Shown: positions 37,288 to 47,510, numbered from the stretch's first letter. The stretch: DNA of 64,000 nucleotides from Sphingomonadaceae bacterium (GCA_025359445.1 JANYGB010000063.1:621-64620), one strand, 5' to 3'. Numbers and translations: made by a program. Notes: generated by a model not told the origin, from the letters alone.

Positions 37288-37910
37288 TGTTTGGCCTCCT
37301 GAATCAGCTGGTTGTCGATCGCCTTGGCCGCCGCATAAGCAGGGCGCGCCTGGATCCGTTCGGCATATGCGACAAAGCTTTCGCGCGGGGGGATCGAGCC
37401 GAAATTGAGGCCCCAGTCGATCTGGCTGCCGACATAGACGTCAGCCATCGTGAAACGCGGTCCGCAGACAAAATTGTGATCAGAGAAATGGTTATCGAGC
37501 GTATCGAGTACCCGTTCGAGGCTGCCGAACCCGACCATGCCCTGGCGCTCGGGCGGGACTTCCCAGCCCATCGAGCGGCCAACGATAGCCTGCTCGACCG
37601 GCCCGGCGGCAAAGAACATCCAGCGATAATAGTCCGCCAGTTCGGCATCGCTCGGCAGCAACCCGGCCTCGGGTACGGCCTCGGCCAGGTAGGCGCAGAT
37701 CGCAGCGCACTCGGTCACCACCCGCTCTCCGGTTTCGCTGCGGTGAATCAGCGTCGGGACCTTGCCCATCGTGTTGGCGGCGAGGAAGGCGGCGGGCTTG
37801 GCCGCCCAGTCGACCAGCACCTGATCGTACTCGACCCCAGCTTCGTGCAGCGCCCAGCGCGCAATTTGGCCGCGTGACATCGGGTTGGTGAACAAGGTGT
37901 AGGGGGCCAT
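37284..37910 (-). CDS. Glutathione S-transferase family protein
   Basis: NPMSRGQIARW, GKVPTL, TECAAICAYLA, FTMADVY. Confidence 0.95.
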   Translation of the reverse strand: MAPYTLFTNPMSRGQIARWALHEAGVEYDQVLVDWAAKPAAFLAANTMGKVPTLIHRSETGERVVTECAAICAYLAEAVPEAGLLPSDAELADYYRWMFFAAGPVEQAIVGRSMGWEVPPERQGMVGFGSLERVLDTLDNHFSDHNFVCGPRFTMADVYVGSQIDWGLNFGSIPPRESFVAYAERIQARPAYAAAKAIDNQLIQEAKQ

Positions 37911-37932
37911 CGAAGAATCCTTCAAAAAAGAA

Positions 37933-37947
37933 GAACGTAATTAGAAC
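37933..37947 (-). promoter_or_regulatory. LexA (SOS) box upstream of the GST gene
   Basis: GAAC-GTAATTA-GAAC (GTTC-N7-GTTC on minus), exact alphaproteobacterial consensus, in a 49-bp intergenic gap. Confidence 0.8.
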
Positions 37948-37959
37948 ACCGCGCGCGAG

Positions 37960-38472
37960 TCAACGGCCAAGTTTCATCCAGACCCAATCGCGCAAGACCA
38001 TCCCGAGGAACCTCGGCGGGAACTTGGGATGAGGTTTGACTGCGTCGGGGTATGGAAGCGTGCTGGTGCGATATTTGGTCATATGGCGAAACTGGATTGA
38101 CGGTTGTTCGGCGACAAATTGATTGCGCAAAGTCGAGACCCAATGCGGGCCTCTGTCGAACGACAGGAACATCGCGCTGTTGCAGCAGCTGGCCACCATC
38201 CGATTGGTCACGCTGTCAGGCCGCAACTTATGCGCGACCAGTCTTTCCCCGCCCTGCCGAACGGCAAAACGACTGGTCCGGAACAAGGTGAGCGCGGTGC
38301 CGCCGTCAGGATCGAGCACGAGCGGCGCACCAGGCAGCTCCGCCAGCTGGTTCCCCGCGGCCTGGCAATCGTCGCAATAGCAAACGGCGGTGCCGATCGG
38401 CGCGCCTTGGCCGACGCACTCTACTGCGCCGCACTGGCAACGCAGCAGGTGGGTCTGACCGGACACGTTCAT
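37960..38472 (-). CDS. GFA/Mss4-like Cys protein (DUF6151-like)
   Basis: CQCG, CYCDDCQ, ASCCNSAMF; ATG overlaps the upstream TGA. Confidence 0.85.
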   Translation of the reverse strand: MNVSGQTHLLRCQCGAVECVGQGAPIGTAVCYCDDCQAAGNQLAELPGAPLVLDPDGGTALTLFRTSRFAVRQGGERLVAHKLRPDSVTNRMVASCCNSAMFLSFDRGPHWVSTLRNQFVAEQPSIQFRHMTKYRTSTLPYPDAVKPHPKFPPRFLGMVLRDWVWMKLGR

Positions 38473-39256
38473 TGCCCGCCGACCAGCGCAAAGGCCGCGC
38501 CTTGTGGGTCGGTACCCATGATCACCCATTGCCCACCGGGAACCTCGTGCGGGCCCATCGCGATCGAACCGCCACGGGCTTCGGCAGTGGCCTTGGCAGC
38601 GGTCACGCTGTCCACCCAGAAGTAGTGGTTCCACGCCGCGGCCGGGTGATCGGGCATCTTGTCCATCACCCCGCCCAAGGTCACTCCGTCATGCGCGATG
38701 AAGTGGTATTTGCCCATCGGGCCCATATCCATCGGCTCGGGCAGGGCCCAGCCGAACAGATTCGTGTAGAAGCCCCGCTCACGCGTCCCGTCCATCGCCA
38801 TCAGCTCGTTCCAGCCGCAGTGGCCCGGATTGGCAGGGCGGAAAAAGCGGTGCTTTCCCCGCCGCCAGGGGGCGGGGTTGGGGTCATTACATAGAATGCC
38901 GCGCCGCCCGGATCGCTGACCATCGCCACCCGGCCCGCCATCGCGACATCCCTTGGCGCCATCAGCACCTTGCCGCCAGTCGCCTCAATCGAGGTGACGC
39001 TGGCATCGACATCATCGACCGCGATATAGCCCAGCCAGCACGACCGCGCGCCGTGCTGCTGCATCTCGGCGCTAAGCCGCAGCATCCCGCCGGTCATCGC
39101 TCCGTCCGGAGCGGTGATGAAGCCGTAATCACTGTCGCCCGCACCGTGGCCTGTGGTCATGCTCCAGCCGACCACCGCCTCGTAAAACGCCTTGGCCCCG
39201 TCAGGATCGGGGGTCATCAGATCGTACCAGATCCAACTGCCCTGCAAGGTACCCAT
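38469..39256 (-). pseudogene. Two-domain VOC/glyoxalase protein split by a frameshift
   Basis: Domain 1 WYDLMTPD..DPGGAAF; domain 2 GHCGWNELM..FYTNLFGW..DPQGAAF is in another frame; shift at the A5 run 38842-38846. Confidence 0.8.
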
Positions 39257-39267
39257 CGCCGCTCTCC

Positions 39268-39639
39268 TCAGGCTTGCAAATCTACCACCGGGCTGAACCC
39301 GCCCCAGACCATCCGCTTGCCATCGAACGGCATCGGGTTCTTGGCCGGGTCCATCCGCGGGTCGGGGTTGGCCGGATCCATCATCTTGGCATAGCAGGCA
39401 TCGCGCGCCGCCTTGTCGGGCCATTCGATCCAGCTGAACACCACGTCCTCATCGCTGGTAGCCTGAACCGCCTTGCGGAAATCGGTGAGCGTGCCGTCGG
39501 GCACGTCGTCGGCCCAGCACTCGATCACCCGCAGCGCGCCCATTTCCATGAACACGCTGTCGGCGTTATTGGCATGGTCGATGAACTTCTGGCGGTTGGC
39601 CTTGGGCACCGCGATAACGAATCCGTCGATGTAGCTCAT
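39268..39639 (-). CDS. DUF1428 family protein
   Basis: YIDGFVIAVP, ECWADDVPDG, VVFSWIEWPDK, MPFDGKRMVWGGF. Confidence 0.95.
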   Translation of the reverse strand: MSYIDGFVIAVPKANRQKFIDHANNADSVFMEMGALRVIECWADDVPDGTLTDFRKAVQATSDEDVVFSWIEWPDKAARDACYAKMMDPANPDPRMDPAKNPMPFDGKRMVWGGFSPVVDLQA

Positions 39640-40280
39640 GACGCAGTCTCCTCGATTCTGGGTTGCAACAGCATCTCGAAATAGCGGCGCAAATGCAGCA
39701 GATGTTCGCGTGCCGCAGCCGCAGCGCCGACATCGCCCTGGGCCTTGGCCAGCACGAAGGCACCCTGGATCACCGCCTGAATATGGCGGGCGAGCGAGGC
39801 GGCGGTCACCCCCCTTGCGCCGGACTGTTCGATTGCTGCGGCGAGATCGTCCTCCAACGCGGCAGCGTTACCCAAGATACTGGAATTGCACGCTGTTCTT
39901 ATCAGATCGCTCGACAAAAACGCTTCCTGCACCATCGTCCCGGCGACGCAGCAGAAGCTTTCTGCTGGGCCACCGATCAGCTCGGTCCGCAGGTCGATGT
40001 AGCCGAGCACGCGCTGCGCCGGATCGGCGTGGTGATGATACGGCGCGGCGGCAAAGAACGCCCCGGTCGAGCTTGACCAGTAGTCCGCCAGCGCCACCCC
40101 GAGCGCTTCCTTCGAGGCGAAATGGTGAAAGAACGCGCCTTTGGTGACCCCGGCTTCACTGCATAGCTGATCGACCGAAGTTCCGGCAAAACCCTGCTGC
40201 CGGATCAGTTTTACGCCGGCTTCCAACAGCTTGTCGCGCGCCGATGCCGGGGCCGGGCGGAAGGGTTGATTCGGGATCAT
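39636..40280 (-). CDS. TetR family repressor (NemR/LmrA-like)
   Basis: HTH GFAGTSVDQLCSEAGVTKGAFFHHFASKEAL; FCCVAG; start set at ATG 40280. Confidence 0.95.
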   Translation of the reverse strand: MIPNQPFRPAPASARDKLLEAGVKLIRQQGFAGTSVDQLCSEAGVTKGAFFHHFASKEALGVALADYWSSSTGAFFAAAPYHHHADPAQRVLGYIDLRTELIGGPAESFCCVAGTMVQEAFLSSDLIRTACNSSILGNAAALEDDLAAAIEQSGARGVTAASLARHIQAVIQGAFVLAKAQGDVGAAAAAREHLLHLRRYFEMLLQPRIEETAS

Positions 40281-40285
40281 GCAAA

Positions 40286-40313
40286 GCAACATACCGACTG
40301 GTCGGTATGTTGC
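40286..40313. promoter_or_regulatory. TetR operator palindrome
   Basis: GCAACATACCGAC-TG-GTCGGTATGTTGC, perfect 13-bp arms just upstream of the TetR start; core resembles NemR-type operators. Confidence 0.85.
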
Positions 40314-40370
40314 AACAGACTTTCTGCGGTTAACGGTAAATTTGCCCTGATCGTTTATCCAATCCCGCAA

Positions 40371-42047
40371 ATGGCCAGTATTCGGATCCTTTTTCTGCGG
40401 CTTTGTGCCGCGCTCTTGATTGCGATCGGCGCCAATGGCGCCGCGTATGCCGACATTCCACTGCACACTTGCGTCGCCCCGCTGGTTGCGGGCGAACGCG
40501 TTACCGCCGACGCGCAGTACGATTGCGGTCCGGCGCAGAACCGCTTCGGGACGGGCGATTTCGCGGTTCAGCTGCATTTTTCCCCGGTCCGTTCGGACAG
40601 CGCCGATCCATTGATGTTGCGCACTTCGAGCGTCTGGCAAGGTGATGAGACAATCGTCTTTCGCTACGCCGATGGCGGCACCGCGCAAACCGACTTCGCC
40701 TATGCCAATTCGCGTCACTTCATCACCATCGGGGCGATTTTCGAATTTCCCGTTCCGGTCCGCGCCGCGCCGCTGACCGGGATCGATATCACTGTCAAGG
40801 ACAGTGCCAACTGGCGCGGCGTAGTGATCGGCGCGAACCTGATGACCGCAAGCGAAAGCTACCGCCTGCAATCGTGGCTGGTCGCGCTCTATGCCGGGTT
40901 CGGCGGGCTTTCGCTCGCGCTGCTGACCTACAATCTGGCTTTGTGGTCAGTGCTGCGGCATCGCTTCCAACTGTCCTATGCGGCGATGGTCAGCGCGCTG
41001 ATGGCGTACACTTTCACCTCGTCGAGCATCGCGATGCTGGTTATTCCGCCGCTCGCCAACAACGACCGGCTGCGGCTCAACTACGTGTTTCTGGCGCTGG
41101 CGGAGGTGGCCGCGATCAAGTTCATGGCCGACTTCTTTGGCGATCAGGTTTTCGGTCGTCGCTTGCGCCGCGTGGCAACCGCAGTCTGCGGGCTGGCAGT
41201 GGTCAGTTCGCTGGCTTTCGCACTGCTCGCGCCGTGGCAAGGCTTCTGGCTTGACCGGCTGTATTTTGTCTTCGGTGCTATCGCGCTGTTGCTAGTGTTG
41301 CCGATCATCTACGCCGCCTGGCGAGCGCGGGCGCACAACCTGGGTCTGTTCATCCTCGCCTGGAGCGCTCCGGTCGGGTTGACAATCGCCCGCGTGGCCT
41401 ACGGCATGGGGCTGCTCGACTACAGCTTCTGGCTCGATAACGGGAACCTGATCGCGCTGTCGGTCGAATCGCTGCTGTCGACCATGCTGATCGTCTCGCG
41501 GTTGCGCGATATCTATTCCGAACGCGACGAGGCCAAGGCGAGCGAGCAATCGGCGCTGCGGCTGGCCAATTCGGATCCGCTAACCGGGCTGCTCAATCGC
41601 CGCGCTTTCATCGACAACGCGATCGGCCGGACCGAACCGCACCGGCTGTTCCTGATCGACATCGATCACTTCAAGGCTATCAATGATCGAATTGGCCACG
41701 ATGCCGGCGATGACGTGCTGCGCGAAGTGAGCCAGGCGATCCAGGAGTGCCGTCCCGATGACAGTCTGGCGGTGCGGCTCGGCGGCGAGGAGTTCGCGCT
41801 GCTCGTACCGCTGCGGCTCCAGAGCCAGTGTCCGCCCGAACGGCTGCTGGCGGCAATCCGCAAGCGGGCCATGCCGATGAACTGGCAAGTCACCGTAAGC
41901 GTCGGCTTCGTCGATGGGCGAGTTACCACGGAAGAGGATTGGCGGCGGCTTTACCGCCTCGCGGATACCGCGCTCTACCGCGCCAAGGCCGATGGCCGCG
42001 ACCGCGCTTGCCGCGCCACCGATTTCGGCGCGACCAAGGCGGCCTGA
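40371..42047 (+). CDS. Membrane diguanylate cyclase (periplasmic sensor + 7TM + GGDEF)
   Basis: Multiple TM helices, [27 protein letters not shown]. Confidence 0.93.
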   Translation: MASIRILFLRLCAALLIAIGANGAAYADIPLHTCVAPLVAGERVTADAQYDCGPAQNRFGTGDFAVQLHFSPVRSDSADPLMLRTSSVWQGDETIVFRYADGGTAQTDFAYANSRHFITIGAIFEFPVPVRAAPLTGIDITVKDSANWRGVVIGANLMTASESYRLQSWLVALYAGFGGLSLALLTYNLALWSVLRHRFQLSYAAMVSALMAYTFTSSSIAMLVIPPLANNDRLRLNYVFLALAEVAAIKFMADFFGDQVFGRRLRRVATAVCGLAVVSSLAFALLAPWQGFWLDRLYFVFGAIALLLVLPIIYAAWRARAHNLGLFILAWSAPVGLTIARVAYGMGLLDYSFWLDNGNLIALSVESLLSTMLIVSRLRDIYSERDEAKASEQSALRLANSDPLTGLLNRRAFIDNAIGRTEPHRLFLIDIDHFKAINDRIGHDAGDDVLREVSQAIQECRPDDSLAVRLGGEEFALLVPLRLQSQCPPERLLAAIRKRAMPMNWQVTVSVGFVDGRVTTEEDWRRLYRLADTALYRAKADGRDRACRATDFGATKAA

Positions 42048-42127
42048 ACCCAATCAGCCACGGGTCGCGTTTTGCAACGCAAACCGTATTGCAGCATCGC
42101 GCCTGCCCGTATAGGCGGTGCAGCGCC

Positions 42128-43120
42128 ATGACCGACATTCCAAACACGCAGCCAGGCACAGCCTCGGACACCATCCTGCCCGCACCAGACCGCACGGTTT
42201 CAGTGCGTGAGCTGTTCGGGATCGATGTCGACATGATGGTTCCGGCCTTTTCTCAGGCCGACGAACGCGTGCCCGATAGCGATGGCAGCTATGTGTTCGA
42301 TCCCGATACCACGCTGGCGATCCTGGCGGGCTTTGCCCACAATCGGCGCGTGATGGTCCAGGGTTATCACGGTACCGGCAAGTCGACTCACATCGAACAG
42401 GTCGCCGCCCGGCTCAACTGGCCGTGCATCCGCATCAACCTGGATGCCCACATCAGCCGGATCGACCTGATCGGCCGCGATGCGATTGTGCTGCGCGACG
42501 GTCTGCAGGTTACCGAATTTCGCGAAGGCCTGCTGCCGTGGGCATTGCAGCATCCGGTCGCGCTGGTGTTTGACGAATACGATGCCGGCCGCCCCGACGT
42601 GATGTTCGTGATCCAGCGCGTGCTGGAAACTGAGGGCAAGCTCACTTTGCTCGATCAGAACCGCGTAATCCGGCCCAATCCGTTTTTCCGCCTGTTCGCC
42701 ACCGCCAATACGGTTGGCCTGGGTGATACCAGTGGGCTGTATCACGGCACCCAGGCGATCAATCAGGGCCAGATGGACCGCTGGAATATCGTCGTCGGGC
42801 TGAACTACCTGCCCGCTGCGGTCGAATGCGAGATTGTGCTGGGCAAGTCCGACGGCGCGTCTGCAGAACTGGTCAGCAAAATGGTCAAGGTCGCCGATCT
42901 GACCCGGCAAGGCTTCATCAATGGCGATATCAGCACCGTGATGAGCCCGCGCACCGTGATGACCTGGGCGCAAAACACCGCGATCTTCAAAGACCCCGGA
43001 TTCGCCTTCCGCCTCTCGTTCCTTAACAAGTGCGACGAGACCGAGCGGATGCTGGTCGCGGAATATTATCAGCGCGTGTTCGGCACTGACTTGCCCGAAA
43101 GCGTTGTAGGCAAGGCATGA
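42128..43120 (+). CDS. cobS: Cobaltochelatase subunit CobS-like AAA+ ATPase
   Basis: [39 protein letters not shown]; start set at ATG 42128. Confidence 0.95.
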   Translation: MTDIPNTQPGTASDTILPAPDRTVSVRELFGIDVDMMVPAFSQADERVPDSDGSYVFDPDTTLAILAGFAHNRRVMVQGYHGTGKSTHIEQVAARLNWPCIRINLDAHISRIDLIGRDAIVLRDGLQVTEFREGLLPWALQHPVALVFDEYDAGRPDVMFVIQRVLETEGKLTLLDQNRVIRPNPFFRLFATANTVGLGDTSGLYHGTQAINQGQMDRWNIVVGLNYLPAAVECEIVLGKSDGASAELVSKMVKVADLTRQGFINGDISTVMSPRTVMTWAQNTAIFKDPGFAFRLSFLNKCDETERMLVAEYYQRVFGTDLPESVVGKA

Positions 43121-43629
43121 TGCTGCTGCGCCTGGCCGCGGCGTTGATGCTGGCGCTAGGCGTGGGGCAAGCGGGTGTGCTCGCAGCTCCCGATGCAACG
43201 CCCGTCGCCGTAGCGCCAAAGGTACTTTATTACCCGGTTGATGCCGACGGAGCCAAGGCGCTTGAACTGGCGCTGGCTCATGCTGCCGCCAGCAAGGCCG
43301 ACGCGGTGATCGTGTTTGGCGCGGACTGGTGCCATGATAGCCGTTCCCTCGCACAGGTGTTGAGGTCGGATGCGTTCAGAGCCGAATTCGGCACGCGATT
43401 TGAAGTGACCTTTATCGATGTTGGCCGGCCGCAGACCGGTGAGGGGCGCAATCTCGATCTGGTCAAGCGCCTCGGGGTGAAGAACCTTAAGAGCACGCCG
43501 GCGATGTTCGTGCTGCGCGGCGACGGCAAAGTGCTCAACGGCAAAAAGGACGCTGTTAGCTGGCGCAATGCCGAAAGCCGGGGGGCGGACAAGGTGCTGG
43601 CGTGGTTCCGCGGGTTCGATAAGAAATGA
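43117..43629 (+). CDS. Exported thioredoxin-fold protein
   Basis: Signal peptide, FGADWCHDS single-Cys thioredoxin motif, STPAMFVL. Confidence 0.8.
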   Translation: MMLLRLAAALMLALGVGQAGVLAAPDATPVAVAPKVLYYPVDADGAKALELALAHAAASKADAVIVFGADWCHDSRSLAQVLRSDAFRAEFGTRFEVTFIDVGRPQTGEGRNLDLVKRLGVKNLKSTPAMFVLRGDGKVLNGKKDAVSWRNAESRGADKVLAWFRGFDKK

Positions 43630-43664
43630 CAGCTTAGGGCCACGTCTCAACGGCGGCAGCTACC

Positions 43665-43767
43665 CGTCATCCCGGCGAAGGCCGGGACCCAGTCCAAACA
43701 AGAAAACAGCGACGCTTCGCGGATTCATGGGCAGAAGTGCTGGGTCCCGGTCTTCCCCGGGATGACG
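43665..43767. repeat. CGTC-tagged palindromic element, subfamily 1
   Basis: Arms CGTCATCCCGGCGAAGGCCGGGACCCAG and CTGGGTCCCGGTCTTCCCCGGGATGACG. Confidence 0.9.
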
Positions 43768-43802
43768 ATTCAAAGTAATCCCGCCATCGCTTTTGGCTAC
43801 GC

Positions 43803-44360
43803 TTACTCCCCCTCCCAGCCATTAAGCAGGTCCGAAAACTCATCCGCGTGCTCTTCTTCCTGCTCGAGGATGTGCATCAGCAGCTTCTTGGTGGTGGTGT
43901 CGCGGTCGCCAACATAGTCGATCAGCTCGCGGTATGAATCGATCGCGATGCGTTCGGCCACCAGGTCTTCCTTGACCATATCCTTGAGCGTCTTGCCCTC
44001 ACGGTATTCGGCGTGGCTCAGCTTGCTCAGATGATCGGGGTTGAGATCGGGTTCGCCGCCCAATTGCACGATCCGCTCAGCCAGCATCATCGCGTGCGCT
44101 TGTTCGGCGTTGGCGTGTTCCAGGAAATGCGCCTTGATCGGCTCCGAAACGAGGCCCGTCGCGGTATGGTAATGGCGCAGATAGCGCAGCACGCAGACCC
44201 ATTCGGTGGCGAGCGATTCTTGCAGCTTGCCGACGATCACCTCGCGGTCGGCGGGGTAGCTCTTGGTGACCGCGCCGTCTTCGATGTGCTTGCGCGCCTG
44301 CGCGCGCAAGGTGGCGACGTCGGTAAAGTTCTTGTCGGCAGGTTTCGCGGCGGTCGCCAT
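43803..44360 (-). CDS. Ferritin-like protein (bacterioferritin/DpsL-like)
   Basis: Di-iron ligand pattern ATEW..EHANAEQAH..EDLVAERIAI..EEEHAD. Confidence 0.9.
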   Translation of the reverse strand: MATAAKPADKNFTDVATLRAQARKHIEDGAVTKSYPADREVIVGKLQESLATEWVCVLRYLRHYHTATGLVSEPIKAHFLEHANAEQAHAMMLAERIVQLGGEPDLNPDHLSKLSHAEYREGKTLKDMVKEDLVAERIAIDSYRELIDYVGDRDTTTKKLLMHILEQEEEHADEFSDLLNGWEGE

Positions 44361-44418
44361 GGCGCTGGGTCCTCGTGTTTGAAAGGGGAGCCGCGCGCAT
44401 TTGCGTGGCTCCCCTCAA

Positions 44419-44443
44419 AACGATTTTCCGGCGCTGCGGTTCC
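44419..44443 (-). promoter_or_regulatory. Sigma-EcfG (general stress response) promoter of the ferritin-like gene
   Basis: Minus strand GGAAC-N16-CGTT, exact consensus. Confidence 0.8.
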
Positions 44444-44450
44444 CGATTTC

Positions 44451-45551
44451 TCAGTCCGTCGGCACCACCAGATACTTCTCGCCCGTGCGCCGCGCGTTGT
44501 ATTCGCTGACAGCTGCCTTGGTCAGCATGCCTTCGAGCGATACTTCGGCCTTGTAATAGCTGGCGAAAGTGGTGGTCAGGTCCTTGGCGACGCGCGCCCG
44601 CATGCGGCCGACCACTTCCATTCCGGCTTTCGCCATGAACGGGGTGAGCAGCCACCCGGCCAGATCCCAGGTCAAACCGAAGGCGCGGTTGAGGATCGTT
44701 GGCCCGATATCCAGCGCACCGTAGATGTAGACCTTCTTGGCCTCGCTCGATCCGTAGCGGCTGAACACTGCACCGCGGCTGGCGGCGGCTTCCATCGCGG
44801 TGAGGATCTGCCCGGACAGCGTCCCGCCGCCGATCGGATCGAAGCCCAGCATCGTCTTGGATTCCGCAATCGCGTCGATCAGTTTGGGCATGAAATCGGC
44901 GTCGGACATGTTGAGCACGTGAGTCGCGCCGAGGTCCTTGAGGAGTTTGACCTGATCGTCCGAACGCACGATGTTGACCAGCGGCACCCCGTCTTCAAGG
45001 CAGATCTTGACCAGCATCTGGCCCAGGTTCGATGCCGCCGCGGCGTGGACGATCCCGGTGAAGCCTTCGAGCTTCATTGTCTCGACAAAGCCCAGCGCGG
45101 TCATCGGGTTGACGAAGCTTGAGGCAGCCTGCGCTGCGCTTGCTTCGACCGGCATGCACATCGCAGCGTCAGCATAAGCGTAGTTGGCGTAAGCGCTGCC
45201 CGGGACGCAGGCGACGCGCTTGCCCATCAGAGCTTCGGCCCCCGCGCCGGCGGCGACTACCGTGCCTGCCGCTTCGTTGCCCGCCGGCATCGCCATGCCG
45301 TGGCGTGCTTTCATCGCGCGGGTGGCGTTGTCGGGCATCTTGGCGACGACCTTGCCGGGCGAATAGTCAGCATTTTCGGTATCGGCAGAAGCGAACAGCA
45401 GACCAAGGTCCGACGGATTGATCGGGGTCGCCTCGACCTTGATCAGCACCTGGCCCGCCTTGGGCTCATCCCAGGTCTTGTCGTTCAGCTGGAGCGTCAG
45501 CGTGCCGTCAGCGTCGAGCTGGGTGGTGAGCTGCTTGCCAGTGTAAGTCAT
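44451..45551 (-). CDS. MDR-family NADPH oxidoreductase (zinc-binding dehydrogenase fold)
   Basis: EATPINPSDL, AGNEAAGTV, FVNPMTALG, AAASNLGQM; start set at ATG 45551. Confidence 0.9.
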   Translation of the reverse strand: MTYTGKQLTTQLDADGTLTLQLNDKTWDEPKAGQVLIKVEATPINPSDLGLLFASADTENADYSPGKVVAKMPDNATRAMKARHGMAMPAGNEAAGTVVAAGAGAEALMGKRVACVPGSAYANYAYADAAMCMPVEASAAQAASSFVNPMTALGFVETMKLEGFTGIVHAAAASNLGQMLVKICLEDGVPLVNIVRSDDQVKLLKDLGATHVLNMSDADFMPKLIDAIAESKTMLGFDPIGGGTLSGQILTAMEAAASRGAVFSRYGSSEAKKVYIYGALDIGPTILNRAFGLTWDLAGWLLTPFMAKAGMEVVGRMRARVAKDLTTTFASYYKAEVSLEGMLTKAAVSEYNARRTGEKYLVVPTD

Positions 45552-45606
45552 GGTTCTCTCCGAATCTGTTGCGCCGTTGTGGCGTTGCAGATTGCAACTT
45601 AGGCAT

Positions 45607-46353
45607 TCATTCGCCCGGGTAAAGCGCACGGACGAAATATAGGCCGTGCGGAGGGGCATTGAAGCCGAGCCGCTGCCTGTCACGCGCTTCGAGCGCGTCG
45701 GACAAGTCCGCCTCGCTCCACTTGCCCATGCCGACCATCGCCAGGCACCCGACCATGGAGCGGACCTGATGATGCAGGAAACTGCGCGCGGCGGCTTCGA
45801 TCGTGACATGTGCGCCTTCGCGCCGCACCTCCAACCGGTCGAGCGTTTTGACCGGACTGGCCGACTGGCAATGCGCCGAACGGAAGGTGGTGAAATCGTG
45901 GCTCCCGACCAGCAGCTGCGCGGCGCGGTGCATCAGGTCTGCATCGAGGTGCTGGGTCAGGTGCCAAGCGCGACCGGCCTCCAGCGTCAGCGGTGCGCGG
46001 CGGTTGGCGATCCGGTAAAGGTATTCGCGCCCGGTGCAGGAAAACCGCGCGTGCCAATCGTCCGCCACTTCCATGCACGTCAGCACGGCAATCGGGGCGG
46101 GGCGGATCAGGGCATTCAACGCCTGCATCAGCCGGAACGGCGTGATCACCTTGGCAATATCGAAGTGCACCCGCATGCCAAGCGCATGGACCCCGGCGTC
46201 GGTGCGGCCTGCACCGTGGAGCGTGGCCGCCTCACCGGTGACCGCAAGGATCGCGGCTTCAATTGCGCCTTGCACGGTCGGGCCATTGGGTTGGCGCTGA
46301 AGCCCCATGAACGGCGTGCCGTCGAATTCGATGGTGAGCGCGAAGCGGGTCAT
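45607..46353 (-). CDS. truA: tRNA pseudouridine(38-40) synthase
   Basis: [24 protein letters not shown]. Confidence 0.97.
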   Translation of the reverse strand: MTRFALTIEFDGTPFMGLQRQPNGPTVQGAIEAAILAVTGEAATLHGAGRTDAGVHALGMRVHFDIAKVITPFRLMQALNALIRPAPIAVLTCMEVADDWHARFSCTGREYLYRIANRRAPLTLEAGRAWHLTQHLDADLMHRAAQLLVGSHDFTTFRSAHCQSASPVKTLDRLEVRREGAHVTIEAAARSFLHHQVRSMVGCLAMVGMGKWSEADLSDALEARDRQRLGFNAPPHGLYFVRALYPGE

Positions 46354-46379
46354 CGGGCGGGGCTTTGCGTGCGCCACCA

Positions 46380-47285
46380 TCAGCCCAACTTCGTCCCGGC
46401 CGGCACCGCGCGCCCGCGCAGAAGTTCAGCCGCCGTCATTGCCGGTCGCCCGGCGCGCTGGATCAGCGTGGGTACCACAGCGCCATGGCCGCAGGCGATG
46501 GTCAGCTGGTCATCGAGCGTGGTCCCGGCTGCGCCTTCCCGCGCGACGACTTGCGCCGACAAAATGCGGTAGCGTTCGCCGTCCAGTTCGAACCACGCCC
46601 CCGGTGCCGGGGCCAAAGCGCGGACCTGGCGTTCGATCTGCTCGGCGGCGCGGGTGAAGTCGATCCAGGTTTCGGCCTTGTCGATCTTGGCGGCGTAAGT
46701 CATGCCAAGGCTTGGTTGCCGGGCAGGGGGGTGCCCGGGCAAGTCCGCCAGCACCTCGATCAGCAGCCGCGCGCCCAATTCGGCCAGCTCGGCGGTTAAT
46801 TCGCCGCCGGTCTTGTCCTCGACTGGCGTGCGCGCCGCCGCCAGCATCGGACCAGTGTCGAGCCCGGCTTCCATTTGCATGATTGTCACGCCTGTAACCG
46901 GATCGCCTGCCAGAATCGCGCGGTGGATCGGCGCAGCGCCGCGCCAGCTTGGCAGCAGCGAGGCGTGGATGTTGATGCAGCCATGCCGGGGTGCAGCGAG
47001 CACCGTTTGCGGCAAGATCAGGCCGTAAGCGGCAACCACCGCGAGGTCGGCCTCCAGCGCGGCGAAATCGGCCTGCGCCTCCAAGTCGCGCAGCGTTTTC
47101 GGCGAACGCACCTCGATCCCCAGCCGCTCGGCCTCGCGCTGCACCGGTGATGGCATCAGCTGCTTGCCCCGGCCCGCCGGGCGCGGCGGCTGGGTATATA
47201 CCGCTGCCACCGCATGCCCAGCCTCGACCAGCGCCAGCAGCGCGGGCACGGCGAAGGTCGGGGTTCCCATAAAGACGATGCGCAT
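46380..47285 (-). CDS. fmt: Methionyl-tRNA formyltransferase
   Basis: [35 protein letters not shown]. Confidence 0.98.
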   Translation of the reverse strand: MRIVFMGTPTFAVPALLALVEAGHAVAAVYTQPPRPAGRGKQLMPSPVQREAERLGIEVRSPKTLRDLEAQADFAALEADLAVVAAYGLILPQTVLAAPRHGCINIHASLLPSWRGAAPIHRAILAGDPVTGVTIMQMEAGLDTGPMLAAARTPVEDKTGGELTAELAELGARLLIEVLADLPGHPPARQPSLGMTYAAKIDKAETWIDFTRAAEQIERQVRALAPAPGAWFELDGERYRILSAQVVAREGAAGTTLDDQLTIACGHGAVVPTLIQRAGRPAMTAAELLRGRAVPAGTKLG

Positions 47286-47307
47286 TGGCGGCCAGTTCCC
47301 TCAATAT

Positions 47308-47468
47308 ATCCTCTCCCCTTGCGGGAGAGGATAGCGCAGCTTGCTGGCTCGGCAGCTAGCGCAGCTTGGAGAGGGGGATGGGTTGGCGCAATCCTCGTCC
47401 CCTCTCCAACTACGGCTAGTTCGCTCCGCTCTCAAGCCTTCGTATCCTCTCCCGCAAGGGGAGAGGAT
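47308..47468. repeat. Composite palindromic repeat (ATCCTCTCCCCTTGCGGGAGAGGAT hairpins at both ends)
   Basis: Two 25-nt hairpins in inverted orientation flanking a palindromic core; same family as 24781-24934. Confidence 0.85.
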
Positions 47469-47510
47469 TTTCAGTTCAATTCAACTTGGATTGCCCCTAT
47501 CCCCCGCGCC

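Noticed and set aside
43803-44360. Encapsulin cargo protein
   Set aside because: Ferritin-like, but no encapsulin gene nearby and no C-terminal targeting peptide.
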